A DNA stretch of 58,884 nucleotides from Chloroflexota bacterium (GTDB lineage Bacteria > Chloroflexota > Limnocylindria > Limnocylindrales > CSP1-4): positions 1-58,884 of the forward strand of contig PMKN01000064.1 of assembly GCA_003158675.1 (NCBI GenBank), read 5' to 3'. Numbering within the stretch: position 1 is the first letter of the stretch; each line of letters begins with the position of its first letter. The position numbers and the translations under genes were made by a program. Shown piece by piece: positions 1-8,613 of the stretch. Below the pieces are notes generated by a model, which saw only the letters and a list, made by a program, of their open reading frames with translations, was not told the origin of the DNA and searched no databases.

Positions 1-813
1 GTACTTCGCCAGCATCTCGCACAGGTCGTCGTCGATGCGCTGCGGCAGGAAGACTGGCACGCGCGAGCCGATGCGGATGATCTCGATATGGGGGATCTCG
101 CGCAGGCTGCGGATGATCGACTCGAGCAGCTTCGGATTGAGCGTCAGCGCGTCGCCGCCTGAGAGCAGTACGTCTCGGACCTGTGGGGTGCGGCGCAGGT
201 AATCGAGCTGGGCCTCGACATCGTGGCGGTTGAAGTTCTGCGACGCGTCGCCGACGATGCGCGACCGCGTGCAGTACCGGCAATAGCTCGCGCACTGGGT
301 CGTAACCAGCATCAGAACTCTGTCCGGGTAGCGGTGGACGAGCCCTGGAACCGGGGAGTGGCGGTCCTCGGCAAGCGAGTCCTCCATCATCGCCGTGAAG
401 GCTTCGTGTTCGCAGTCTGTGGGGATGACCTGGCGGCGGATCGGGTCGTCGGGATCGTCGGGGTCGATCAGGCTCAGGAAGTAGGGCGTGATGTCGACCC
501 GGAACTTGTCCGGCGACGACAGCCCGGCGCGCTCGTCGTCGGTCAGGTTGAGGACGCTGCCAATCTCCTCGACCGAGTTGACGCGGTTGGAAAGCTGCCA
601 GCGCCAGTCGTTCCAGCGCTCGTCGGGCACGTCCGCCCAGATGGGGGCACGGCGGCTGACGGCAGGGTGGCCATCAGGCCCGAGGGCGCGGGCGGGGTCA
701 CGCAGGTTGACGAAGGGGGCGTCGTCGTGGCGCGCCGCCAGCGCATGTGCGGCCGCGGTCTCCCCGGCAAGGCGTGCCGCCGGGTCGTGATCGCCAACCC
801 TGGGCTCTGCCAT
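1..813 (-). CDS. kamA: Lysine 2,3-aminomutase (KamA family radical SAM), N-terminal part, truncated at left edge
   Basis: Manual translation from ATG 813 (SD GGAGG upstream): WNDWRWQL, EDSLAEDRHSPVPGLVHRYPDRVL, CxxxCxxC motif CASYCRYC, VRDVLLSGGD, IRIGSRVPVFLPQRI. Not in the ORF track because it has no stop in the window. Confidence 0.92.
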   Translation of the reverse strand, partial: MAEPRVGDHDPAARLAGETAAAHALAARHDDAPFVNLRDPARALGPDGHPAVSRRAPIWADVPDERWNDWRWQLSNRVNSVEEIGSVLNLTDDERAGLSSPDKFRVDITPYFLSLIDPDDPDDPIRRQVIPTDCEHEAFTAMMEDSLAEDRHSPVPGLVHRYPDRVLMLVTTQCASYCRYCTRSRIVGDASQNFNRHDVEAQLDYLRRTPQVRDVLLSGGDALTLNPKLLESIIRSLREIPHIEIIRIGSRVPVFLPQRIDDDLCEMLAKY

Positions 814-869
814 GACGCGCCTCCGGAATGTGGCCGTCTCTACCGAGGGAGTCGGTGGTGCGGCGCCAA

Positions 870-895
870 CGCATAAAGCCTATGCACTCTGCATG
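870..895 (-). promoter_or_regulatory. Candidate operator: ATGCA-N3-TGCAT palindrome plus TGCAT-N7-ATGCG, just downstream of a TATGAT -10 (903-908)
   Basis: Minus strand reads CATGCAGAGTGCATAGGCTTTATGCG; the 14-mer ATGCAGAGTGCATA recurs exactly at 53878-53891 upstream of the dap operon. Confidence 0.65.
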
Positions 896-963
896 CCCGA
901 CGATCATACATCGGGCGGACCGCAATGGCGTCGAATGCCGCCTGGCGGCACGGTCGCCTGGCG

Positions 964-1521
964 TCAGCGTACGGCGCGCTCCAGGGCCAGCGTCTGCATA
1001 GCCAGGATGGTCATTGCGTCGGCGATCTCGCCGTTCGCGATCATCGCCATGACTTCGTCGAAGGCTACCCAACGCACTTGCAGTCTCTCCGTGCCTTCGG
1101 GCGAGGCCGGGCCCGCTTCCAGACCGGTGGCCACGAACAGGATCGTCACTTCGTCCGAGATTGAGTTGGACAGCTCGGCGCGGCACAGCTCGCGCCACTC
1201 TCCGCCGGAGTAGCCGGTTTCCTCGACGAGTTCGCGACGTGCCGCCGCCTCGGGGAACTCGTCGAAATCGCCGCCCCCCTCGGGGATCTCCCACGAGTAG
1301 TGGTTCATGGTGTAACGGAACTGCCCAACCAGCAGGACCCGGTCCGTCCCGGTGTCGAGCGGCACGACGCCGATGGCCAGGTGCCGGAAGTGGACGACGC
1401 CGTAGATGCCGGGCTTGCCGTCAGGTCGAACCACGTCGTCGTGGAGGATCTCGATCCACGGGTTCTCGTACGCGACGCGTCGCGACACGCGCTGCCAGGG
1501 GTTGCCTTCGATCGTACTCAC
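964..1521 (-). CDS. NUDIX hydrolase (ADP-ribose pyrophosphatase-like)
   Basis: Nudix box GGGDFDEFPEAAARRELVEETG; YENPWI and EIPEG motifs; start GTG 1521 lies 7 nt after a TACGAT -10. Confidence 0.88.
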   Translation of the reverse strand: MSTIEGNPWQRVSRRVAYENPWIEILHDDVVRPDGKPGIYGVVHFRHLAIGVVPLDTGTDRVLLVGQFRYTMNHYSWEIPEGGGDFDEFPEAAARRELVEETGYSGGEWRELCRAELSNSISDEVTILFVATGLEAGPASPEGTERLQVRWVAFDEVMAMIANGEIADAMTILAMQTLALERAVR

Positions 1522-1653
1522 GAGGCCAATCGTAGCGCCGGGGAGCCGACGAGGGGGCGGCCCGAGGACCGATGGAACCGCTCGGGCGCGCCAGGCGTCT
1601 GAGCGGTGTCCAAACGACAGCCGACCATCGCCGAAAGGCGCCAGGAGAAGATC

Positions 1654-2478
1654 ATGAACGACAGCACCAGCAACGCTCGCCAGGATCGGAGCGAGCCGGC
1701 CGCAAATGAACCATCGAGCCGGCCCGGCCCCTTCACTTTGGGCCGCATCGTGGCCGTAACGGCGGCCTTCAGTCTGCTCGTCGGCATCATGGTCGGGCCG
1801 ATAATCGCGAACCATTCCACCTCCGCCGCCGACCCGACCGGCACCGCCGTTCCGCCCGAGCACACGGTTACCGTCTCGGGATCGGGCAACGTCAGCGTCG
1901 CCCCGGACACCGCCGACGTCATGATCGGCGTCAGCGTCACGAAGACGACCGTCAAGGATGCCCGCGCGGCCGCAGCAACCTCGATGGACGCCGTTATCGC
2001 CGCAGTGAAGCAGGTCGGAGTCGCGGACAAGGACATCCTGACCACCGACATCAGCCTCAATCCGGTTTACGACTACAGCTCCAACGTTCCGCGGCTCACC
2101 GGCTACGAGTTCAGCAACAGCTTGAAGGTCACTGTGCGCGACTTGACCAAGGTTGCCGACGTGATCGACAACTCGGTCACGGCGGGCGCCACCACGATCC
2201 AGGGTGTCTCGTTCCGTTTGGACGATCCCAAGACGGTCGAGGCTCAGGCGCGCCAGCTGGCGATGACCGACGCTCGCGCCAAGGCCGACGCACTGGCACA
2301 GGCGGCGGGCGTCTCCATCAAGGGAGTCGCCTCGATCAACGAAACGACCGTGTCCTCGCCGATCACCTATTCCGCCGGGGCCATGGCGGACAAGGCTGCG
2401 GCCCAGGTTTCGACGCCGATCCAGACCGGCACGACGGACATTACGATCGAGGTCACCGTCAGCTACTTGATCGGCTGA
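1654..2478 (+). CDS. SIMPL (DUF541) domain exported/membrane-anchored protein
   Basis: N-terminal TM segment; TVTVSGSGNVSVAPDTA, LTGYEFSNSLKVTVRD, ARQLAMTDARAKADALA pattern; SD AGGAG before ATG 1654. Confidence 0.85.
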   Translation: MNDSTSNARQDRSEPAANEPSSRPGPFTLGRIVAVTAAFSLLVGIMVGPIIANHSTSAADPTGTAVPPEHTVTVSGSGNVSVAPDTADVMIGVSVTKTTVKDARAAAATSMDAVIAAVKQVGVADKDILTTDISLNPVYDYSSNVPRLTGYEFSNSLKVTVRDLTKVADVIDNSVTAGATTIQGVSFRLDDPKTVEAQARQLAMTDARAKADALAQAAGVSIKGVASINETTVSSPITYSAGAMADKAAAQVSTPIQTGTTDITIEVTVSYLIG

Positions 2479-2521
2479 TCAGCCGCATTGGGAGGGGCGG
2501 CTGGACGCCGCCGGGGGCTCA

Positions 2522-2555
2522 TCGGGGAGCGGTCGCGCAAGAGGCCGCTCCCCGA
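2522..2555 (+). terminator. GC-rich hairpin after SIMPL gene (no U-tract), possible terminator
   Basis: TCGGGGAGCGGTC / GGCCGCTCCCCGA 13-bp stem (one G-T pair). Confidence 0.4.
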
Positions 2556-2670
2556 GCCGTTGCATCCCGAAATGACTATCTAGATCGGTGCACTTTCTGC
2601 CAGCCGTCACCTCATGGCGGGACGAACGGCACGGTATCGACCACTACGGCGGCGCGATACTGTTCGAACC

Positions 2671-3108
2671 ATGCGACTTGATCTCACCAAACGCAGCGAC
2701 TACGCCATACGGGCGATGCTCGCTCTAACCAAGACGCCGGACGGTCTCCTGAGCAGCCGCAAGATCGCGGAAGAGATGAAGATCCCGCCGCGCTTCCTGC
2801 CGCAGATCATGGGCGACCTCACCCGGGCCGGCCTCGTCGAAGCCCATCCCGGCCGTTCCGGGGGGTACAAACTCGCGAAGTCGGCTTCGTCGGTGACGCT
2901 GTTGACGGTCATCGAGGCCGTCGAAGGCGATCCTCATCGCCAGATCTGCGTGATGCGCGGGACTGCGTGCGGGGCGGACGGCGAATGTGGCGTCCACGAC
3001 GTGTTCTACGCGGCCGAGAGCGCGATCCTCGAGAAGCTCAGCGGAGCCACGCTCCAGAGCATCATCGACGCGTTCCTGGCCAAGCAAGCGGTTGCCGCCA
3101 ACGCCTAG
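2671..3108 (+). CDS. Rrf2-family transcriptional regulator with Fe-S ligand motif
   Basis: MRLDLTKRSDYAIRAMLAL, GLVEAHPGRSGGYKLAK; C-X6-C-X5-C-X2-H near C-terminus. Confidence 0.9.
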   Translation: MRLDLTKRSDYAIRAMLALTKTPDGLLSSRKIAEEMKIPPRFLPQIMGDLTRAGLVEAHPGRSGGYKLAKSASSVTLLTVIEAVEGDPHRQICVMRGTACGADGECGVHDVFYAAESAILEKLSGATLQSIIDAFLAKQAVAANA

Positions 3109-3155
3109 CAACACGGCGGCGCGGCGACGCTGACACGGGAACGAGCCGCCTGCGC

Positions 3156-3737
3156 CTATCTCTTCGTCTGCCGGGCCTCCCACTCGTCGGCCAGGATGCT
3201 CATGTGGATCTCGTCCCAGTAGCGACCGTCTCGGAAGATGGCGTCGCGAGCCCGGCCCTCCTCGATGAATCCGCACCTCTCGTAGGCGCCGATCGCACGC
3301 GGATTGAATTCGAAGACGGATAGGGCCACTCGGTGAATGGCGAGCCGCGTGAAGGCGTGGGCGACCATCAGGCCGGTGGCCTCAGTCCCGTATCCGTGGC
3401 CCCAGGCGTCACGCTCGCCGATCGTGATGTGGAAGAGCGACGACCCGTTGTCTCCGTCGAGCTGGCTGAACGCACAGGTGCCGATCAGCCGATCGGTCTC
3501 GCGGATGTGGATAGCCATGGCGAGGAAGTCGGCGCCCATGATTCGGCCGTAGAAGAAGCGCTGGATCTCGTCCGGCGAAAGCGGGCCATCCTGGTAGCGG
3601 GTCAGGCGGGCGACCTCCGGATCCGAGTACCAGCGAATGAACGCTTTCAGGTTCTCGCCCCGGTGGCGTCGCAGAACGATGAGCTTGCCCGGGATTGCCT
3701 CGGGCCGCCAGGCCCCCCGTTCGGGCACGAATGTCAT
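3156..3737 (-). CDS. GNAT N-acetyltransferase (RimJ/RimL type)
   Basis: IGERDAWGHGYGTEA, LHRVAL-like IHRVALSVFEFNPRAIGAYERCGFIEEG; real start ATG 3737 inside a long shadow ORF. Confidence 0.88.
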   Translation of the reverse strand: MTFVPERGAWRPEAIPGKLIVLRRHRGENLKAFIRWYSDPEVARLTRYQDGPLSPDEIQRFFYGRIMGADFLAMAIHIRETDRLIGTCAFSQLDGDNGSSLFHITIGERDAWGHGYGTEATGLMVAHAFTRLAIHRVALSVFEFNPRAIGAYERCGFIEEGRARDAIFRDGRYWDEIHMSILADEWEARQTKR

Positions 3738-3845
3738 CGCTGTGAGCCGCCAGCGGCCGCCGCGCGGGGCACGACCGTTCGCCGCCGCGGATCGGTGGGA
3801 GATGGTCGAGCGGGCTTCACGAGGGGAAGGTATACCATCCCGCCC

Positions 3846-5603
3846 ATGCGTGGCTGGAGCGAGGTAGCCGAACGCGTCGGGGCAACTACCCGCACCTCTG
3901 AGAAGACTGCACTGCTGGCCCGATACCTTGCGCCACTCTCCGGCAGCGAACTCAGGCCGGCGGCTGTCTTCCTGACCGGGCGGCCCTTCTCCGAGTCGGA
4001 CCGCCGGACCATGGGACTGGGCTGGGCGGCGATCTCGACGGCGGTAACGAATCTGGCCGGGACCACCGCCGGAGCGCTCGGGGCGGCCTACGATCGGTCG
4101 TCGGATCTGGGTCAGGCTGTCGCCCAAGTCCTGACTCTTCGAACCGATCAGCCGGACCCGGCCAACTCCCCGGAGATCGAGGAAGTGGCTGAGGCCTACT
4201 CCGCCATCGAAGCCGCTTCCGGAGCCGCTGCCAAGGGGAAGATCTTCGGCGGCTTGCTTGCGCGCTGCGATTGCCTGACGGCCAAGTACGTCGTCAAGAT
4301 CCTGACCGGGGAGTTGCGCATCGGGCTGCGAGAGGGGCTGCTCGAGGCGGCCATCGCCGAAGCGTTCAATCGACCCTTGGCCGATGTGCGAATGGCGGAA
4401 ATGCTGACCGGCGACGCCGGCGAGACCGCGGTCCTCGCCAAAGAGGGGCGACTGGGAGAAGCGCGCCTGCGGCTCTTTCATCCCATCAAGTTCATGCTCG
4501 CGACGCCGGCCGAAGATGCGGCGGAGATCCTTTCGCGGCTGGGACCCACGGTCTGGGTGGAGGACAAGTACGACGGCATCCGCGCTCAGCTGCATCGGCG
4601 CGGCGGCGAGTCTCGCCTCTACTCGCGCGACCTCAACGACATCAGCGATCAGTTCCCGGAAATCGTCGCGGCCGCGGGGGCGATGCCTTGGGATGGCATC
4701 CTCGACGGCGAGATCCTGGCCTATGCCGACGGCCACGTTCTGCCGTTTCTCAGTTTGCAGGCGCGGCTGGGCCGAAAGGATCCCTCCGGCGCGGTACAGG
4801 CTGAGGTGCCGGTGATCTACGTGGCCTTCGATCTGCTCGCCGTCGGGCCCAGGTCCGGCGGGGGCACGGCCGCGGCGTCCGCGCCACTTGCCGCTGTCGG
4901 GCCGCTTGCCGCTGTCGAGCCGCTGCTCTCGACACCTCTCGCGGAGCGCCGCCGTCGCCTCGAGGCGCTCGAACTGCCGGTCCTCGCGGACGGCGGACGG
5001 TTCGCGCGCTCGCACCTGGTGACCGCCGATTCGGTCGAGGCGCTGGATCGCGCCTTCGGCGAGGCCAGGGCGCGCCGCAACGAAGGCCTGATGGTGAAGG
5101 ATCCGCAGAGCGGCTACTCTCCGGGCCGGCGGGGCCTCGGCTGGCTCAAGATGAAGCGGGCCCTGGCAACACTGGACTGCGTCGTGGTCGGCGTGGAAGT
5201 CGGCCATGGCAAGCGCCATGGCGTCCTGTCGGACTACACGTTCGCGGTCCGCGACGAAGCCAGCGGACGGCACGTGACCATCGGCAAGGCGTACACCGGC
5301 CTGACCGATCGGGAGATCGCCGAGATGACGGCCTGGTTCGAGGCCCACACGCTGCGCCAGGCCGGCCGCTACCGACTGGTCGAACCGACCGTGGTGGTGG
5401 AGGTCGCGTTCGACGTCATCCAGCGCTCCACGCGCCACCAATCCGGCTTCGCGCTCCGATTCCCCCGAATCGTTCGCCTGCGTCCCGACAAGAGCGCGGC
5501 CCAAATCGACTCGCTCCAGACGGTCGAGCGCCTGCACGGCGAGCTGCAGACCGGCGCCGAATACCTGGTCACCGCCGATGCCCGCAAGCCGGTCCGCGAC
5601 TGA
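3846..5603 (+). CDS. lig: ATP-dependent DNA ligase (LigB/archaeal-like, with N-terminal DNA-binding domain)
   Basis: Motif I EDKYDGIRAQLH, LDGEI, YVAFDLL, EGLMVKD, WLKMK, SGFALRFPRIVRLRPDK. Confidence 0.93.
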   Translation: MRGWSEVAERVGATTRTSEKTALLARYLAPLSGSELRPAAVFLTGRPFSESDRRTMGLGWAAISTAVTNLAGTTAGALGAAYDRSSDLGQAVAQVLTLRTDQPDPANSPEIEEVAEAYSAIEAASGAAAKGKIFGGLLARCDCLTAKYVVKILTGELRIGLREGLLEAAIAEAFNRPLADVRMAEMLTGDAGETAVLAKEGRLGEARLRLFHPIKFMLATPAEDAAEILSRLGPTVWVEDKYDGIRAQLHRRGGESRLYSRDLNDISDQFPEIVAAAGAMPWDGILDGEILAYADGHVLPFLSLQARLGRKDPSGAVQAEVPVIYVAFDLLAVGPRSGGGTAAASAPLAAVGPLAAVEPLLSTPLAERRRRLEALELPVLADGGRFARSHLVTADSVEALDRAFGEARARRNEGLMVKDPQSGYSPGRRGLGWLKMKRALATLDCVVVGVEVGHGKRHGVLSDYTFAVRDEASGRHVTIGKAYTGLTDREIAEMTAWFEAHTLRQAGRYRLVEPTVVVEVAFDVIQRSTRHQSGFALRFPRIVRLRPDKSAAQIDSLQTVERLHGELQTGAEYLVTADARKPVRD

Positions 5604-5709
5604 CCGAGCCGCGAGGGCCGCCGCCTCGGCCCGGATCCGGAACGAAGGTCCTGCCCAGCGCCTACTGACGGGCCATCCAAGGAATACGTGCGGTCGCTAT
5701 CCTGCCGTC

Positions 5710-6276
5710 ATGTTCGGCACGTTCAACCCTATGCAGCAGATGACGATCACGCTGGTGACCGACAGGATGGTCATCCAGGGAACCGTCCAGACGCGCGTTC
5801 GTCGCCTCACCGATCTGGTCAACGAGCCCGACGCGGTGCACCTGGTGCTCCAGGATGCCACGTTCATGGAAGTGGGCTCGAGACGCGTCGTTGCGCGAGG
5901 GATCGCCGCCCAGGTTCGGCTGAGCGAAGTGCTGTTCGTACATTCGAGCGCACCGACAGAGTCAGCGGCGACCATGCGGATGGCGAAGCAGCCGGTCAGG
6001 GCAACGCTGCTCGTGCCACCCTTCACGGTCGAGGGCACGATCTACCTGTCCTACGAGTCCGAGCTTCGGATCGCCCTGGACGCATATGGGGATCGGTTCG
6101 TGCCCGTCACGGGAGCAAGCTACTGGTCATACAGTGTGGCCGAGTCGCCAACCGAGGTGGACCTGCTGGTGGTGAACCACGCTCGGGCCCACGTTTCGAT
6201 CGCGGCGGGCGTCGCCTGGCAGGCCGATACATCCCCGGAACGAACGGATGCGGACCGAGGCCATAACCCCTGGTAA
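5710..6276 (+). CDS. Conserved hypothetical protein (DUF6812-like)
   Basis: Coding-like beta-rich ORF (IQGTVQTRVRRLTDLVN...VEGTIYL...RFVPVTGA); TATCCT -10 6 nt upstream. Family name from recall only. Confidence 0.6.
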   Translation: MFGTFNPMQQMTITLVTDRMVIQGTVQTRVRRLTDLVNEPDAVHLVLQDATFMEVGSRRVVARGIAAQVRLSEVLFVHSSAPTESAATMRMAKQPVRATLLVPPFTVEGTIYLSYESELRIALDAYGDRFVPVTGASYWSYSVAESPTEVDLLVVNHARAHVSIAAGVAWQADTSPERTDADRGHNPW

Positions 6277-6307
6277 GCCGCGCCGGTAGCGCCGCGGCTC
6301 GCCGGTT

Positions 6308-7156
6308 TCAGCGCTCGACCGGCAGGTCCAGCCGATCGCCCCACTCGGCCCAGCCGCCGTCGTAGACCGCAACATCGTCATGGCCGAGCAGCATCAGTGC
6401 GAAGGCGAGCTTGCAGGCCCCGAATCCCGTCGCGTCGTAGCAGATCAGGCGGCGCCCCGGCGCGACGCCGGCTCGTCGGAGCAGCGCCGCTATCTCATCG
6501 GCGCTGCGAAATCGGCCCGTCCGAGGTTCTGTGGTTGCGGCCGCCGGGATGTTCAACGCGCTGGGGATGTGCCCCAGACGACGGGTCGAGCCCGCCAGGC
6601 CCGCGTATTCCGAGGCCGGTCTCGCGTCGATCAGCTGGACCTGTTGTGACTTGAGCAGATCGCGCACCTCGGCGGCGCTGAGCCGAAGCCGCGACTGCAT
6701 GTGGGGCGTGAAGGTGGCCGGGGGGCGCATCTCCAGGGCTTCGGAGACCGGCTGAGCCAGCGCCCGCCAGGCCTCCAGCCCGCCCTGGAGAATCCTCGCC
6801 GAGTCGAAACCGTAGACCCGCAAGGTCCACCACGCCCGGGCTGCGTAGGAGTTGGCCGTGTCGTCGTAGAGGACCCCGACCATTCCGTTACCGAGTCCGA
6901 CTCTGCCCATTGCCGCCGTCACCCGCTGCGGGCCGGCTAGCTGCAGCACGTCACTATCCTCGTCGGGCTCCACAAGATCGGCGCGCCAGTCGAGATACGT
7001 GGCGCCGGGGATGTGACCGGCCGCGTAGGCGCGCCGACCGGAGCCATCGGGCCGCCAGCGAGCGTCGAGTACCTGGAAGCCGGGACGGGCGATGTTCTCG
7101 ACCAGCCACTCGGGCGTCGCCAGCAGCTCCGCTCGGTGGTATCCGATCGTCCCCAA
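6308..7156 (-). CDS. Tandem rhodanese-domain sulfurtransferase (SseA/TST-like), catalytic Cys replaced by Asp
   Basis: YAAGHIPGA, GHIPSALNIP, YDGGWAEW signatures; active-site loop reads ICYDATGFGA. Confidence 0.85.
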   Translation of the reverse strand: MGTIGYHRAELLATPEWLVENIARPGFQVLDARWRPDGSGRRAYAAGHIPGATYLDWRADLVEPDEDSDVLQLAGPQRVTAAMGRVGLGNGMVGVLYDDTANSYAARAWWTLRVYGFDSARILQGGLEAWRALAQPVSEALEMRPPATFTPHMQSRLRLSAAEVRDLLKSQQVQLIDARPASEYAGLAGSTRRLGHIPSALNIPAAATTEPRTGRFRSADEIAALLRRAGVAPGRRLICYDATGFGACKLAFALMLLGHDDVAVYDGGWAEWGDRLDLPVER

Positions 7157-7210
7157 CTCGACCCTCCCGCGAGACGGAACTGCCAGTGGCGACCTCTATG
7201 ATAGGAACCC

Positions 7211-8455
7211 ATGGTTGGTCCGTTCATGCCCGACGACGAGAAGGTGCCCGCGATCCGCGAAGCACTGCCTGCCACGGCTGCGGGCATCTACCTGAACACG
7301 GGCTCGGCAGGGCCACTGCCGCGGGAGACGGCTCGGGCGATGGCCGAGCTGGAGGGTATCGAACTGCGCACCGGCCGGGCCGACCTGGCGTACTGGAAAG
7401 ACTCGACCGAGCGCATGAACGAGGCCCGCGCGGCCGTGGCGGCGGTCCTGGGAACGGAGCTGCGCCGGATGGCTTTGACGCACGCCACCACCGACGGCAT
7501 GAACGTCGCGACGTGGGCGGTCGACTGGCGAGCGGGAGACAGGGCGGTCACGACCTCACTAGAGCATGCCGGCGCGCTGGCGCCGCTCTGGGCGGTGCGC
7601 GATCGCCAGGGAGTGGAGCTGGCAATCGCCCATATCGGCACCGGCAGCGATCCGGCGGACGTGCTCGCGGCGCTGGATCGGGCGATTACGCCGAATACCC
7701 GGCTCGTCTCCCTGTCGCACGTCTCGTGGGCCACCGGTGCGCGCCTCCCGATCGCCGAGATCGCGGCGCTGACTCATTCGCGCGGAGCGCTCCTCGCAGT
7801 CGACGGCGCGCAGGCGGTTGGGGCGATTCCGGTGTCGGTCGAGGAATTGGGCGCGGACTTCTATGCCGTTCCCGGCCAGAAGTGGCTGCTCGGCCCGGAA
7901 GGCACGGGAGCGCTCTACTGCGCACCTTCGGTGCTGGATCGGCCGCGCCTTACATTCGCCGGCTACGCCAGCTTCGAATCGATCGATCAGACCGCCGAAG
8001 GAAAGCCCTGGCCGGATGCCCGGCGTTTCGAGGTCGCCGGTTTCCACCAGCCGTCCGTTCTCGGCTTTGCCCGAAGCACGGCCTGGCTTTCGATGTATGT
8101 CGGCCTGAACTGGATCTACGAGCGAACGGCGCGCCTGGCCGGCGAGGCCGCCGAAATGCTGGCCGAGATTCCGGGGGTGGAGGTGCTGACACCGCGCGAT
8201 CGCATGGCCGGGCTGGTGACCTTCCGTATCGCTGGCTGGGCACCGGGACCGGCGCTCCACGAACTGGCGCAGCGGACCCTCGTCATCGCCCGCACGATCC
8301 CGCCACTCAAGGCGGTCCGTATCAGCGTCGGCTTCTTCAATACGGAAGCCGAGCTCCGCCGCTTCTGCGATGGCGTGGCTCTCGTGGCGGCGCACACTCC
8401 CGAGACGATTCCGCACCGAGCTCGCATCGAGGTCCTGCGCGGGGGCATGGACTGA
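7211..8455 (+). CDS. PLP-dependent class V aminotransferase, C-S lyase type (C-DES/EgtE-like)
   Basis: YLNTGSAGP, EHAG, DGAQAVG, GQKWLLGPEGTG; no catalytic Cys in the C-terminal loop. Confidence 0.85.
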   Translation: MVGPFMPDDEKVPAIREALPATAAGIYLNTGSAGPLPRETARAMAELEGIELRTGRADLAYWKDSTERMNEARAAVAAVLGTELRRMALTHATTDGMNVATWAVDWRAGDRAVTTSLEHAGALAPLWAVRDRQGVELAIAHIGTGSDPADVLAALDRAITPNTRLVSLSHVSWATGARLPIAEIAALTHSRGALLAVDGAQAVGAIPVSVEELGADFYAVPGQKWLLGPEGTGALYCAPSVLDRPRLTFAGYASFESIDQTAEGKPWPDARRFEVAGFHQPSVLGFARSTAWLSMYVGLNWIYERTARLAGEAAEMLAEIPGVEVLTPRDRMAGLVTFRIAGWAPGPALHELAQRTLVIARTIPPLKAVRISVGFFNTEAELRRFCDGVALVAAHTPETIPHRARIEVLRGGMD

Positions 8456-8497
8456 GGTCGGCCGCCCCCGCCCCAGAGGTGTACGATCGCGGCCGGC

Positions 8498-8573
8498 GGG
8501 GGAGTAGCTCAACGGTTAGAGCATGGCTCTTATACAGCCCCGGTTGGAGGTTCGAATCCTCCCTCCCCTACCA
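8498..8573 (+). tRNA. tRNA-Ile with TAT (UAU) anticodon
   Basis: 76-nt cloverleaf: acceptor GGGGGAG/CTCCCCT, D-arm GCTC/GAGC, anticodon arm TGGCT-CTTATAC-AGCCC (anticodon 8531-8533), T-arm GGAGG-TTCGAAT-CCTCC, A73 and encoded CCA. Confidence 0.9.
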
Positions 8574-8575
8574 AC

Positions 8576-8597
8576 CCCTGTTGTATTTGCGTGGGAA
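8576..8597. repeat. Left arm of 22-bp perfect inverted repeat
   Basis: CCCTGTTGTATTTGCGTGGGAA is the exact reverse complement of 9133-9154. Confidence 0.95.
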
Positions 8598-8613
8598 GAA
8601 TCCCCCCCCGCGT

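Noticed and set aside
870-895. Reading the TGCAT/ATGCA elements as ArgR ARG boxes
   Set aside because: Half-site matches, but ARG boxes are TGCAT-N4-ATGCA; spacings here are N7 and N3 (inverted).
895-916. GCCCGA/TCGGGC inverted repeat enclosing the kamA -10
   Set aside because: Only 6 GC-rich bp; likely chance.
4884-4919. 18-bp tandem duplication in the ligase (PLAAVG-PLAAVE)
   Set aside because: Real, but a trivial loop insertion.
6430-6450. Selenocysteine at the rhodanese active site
   Set aside because: The codon is GAC (Asp), not TGA.
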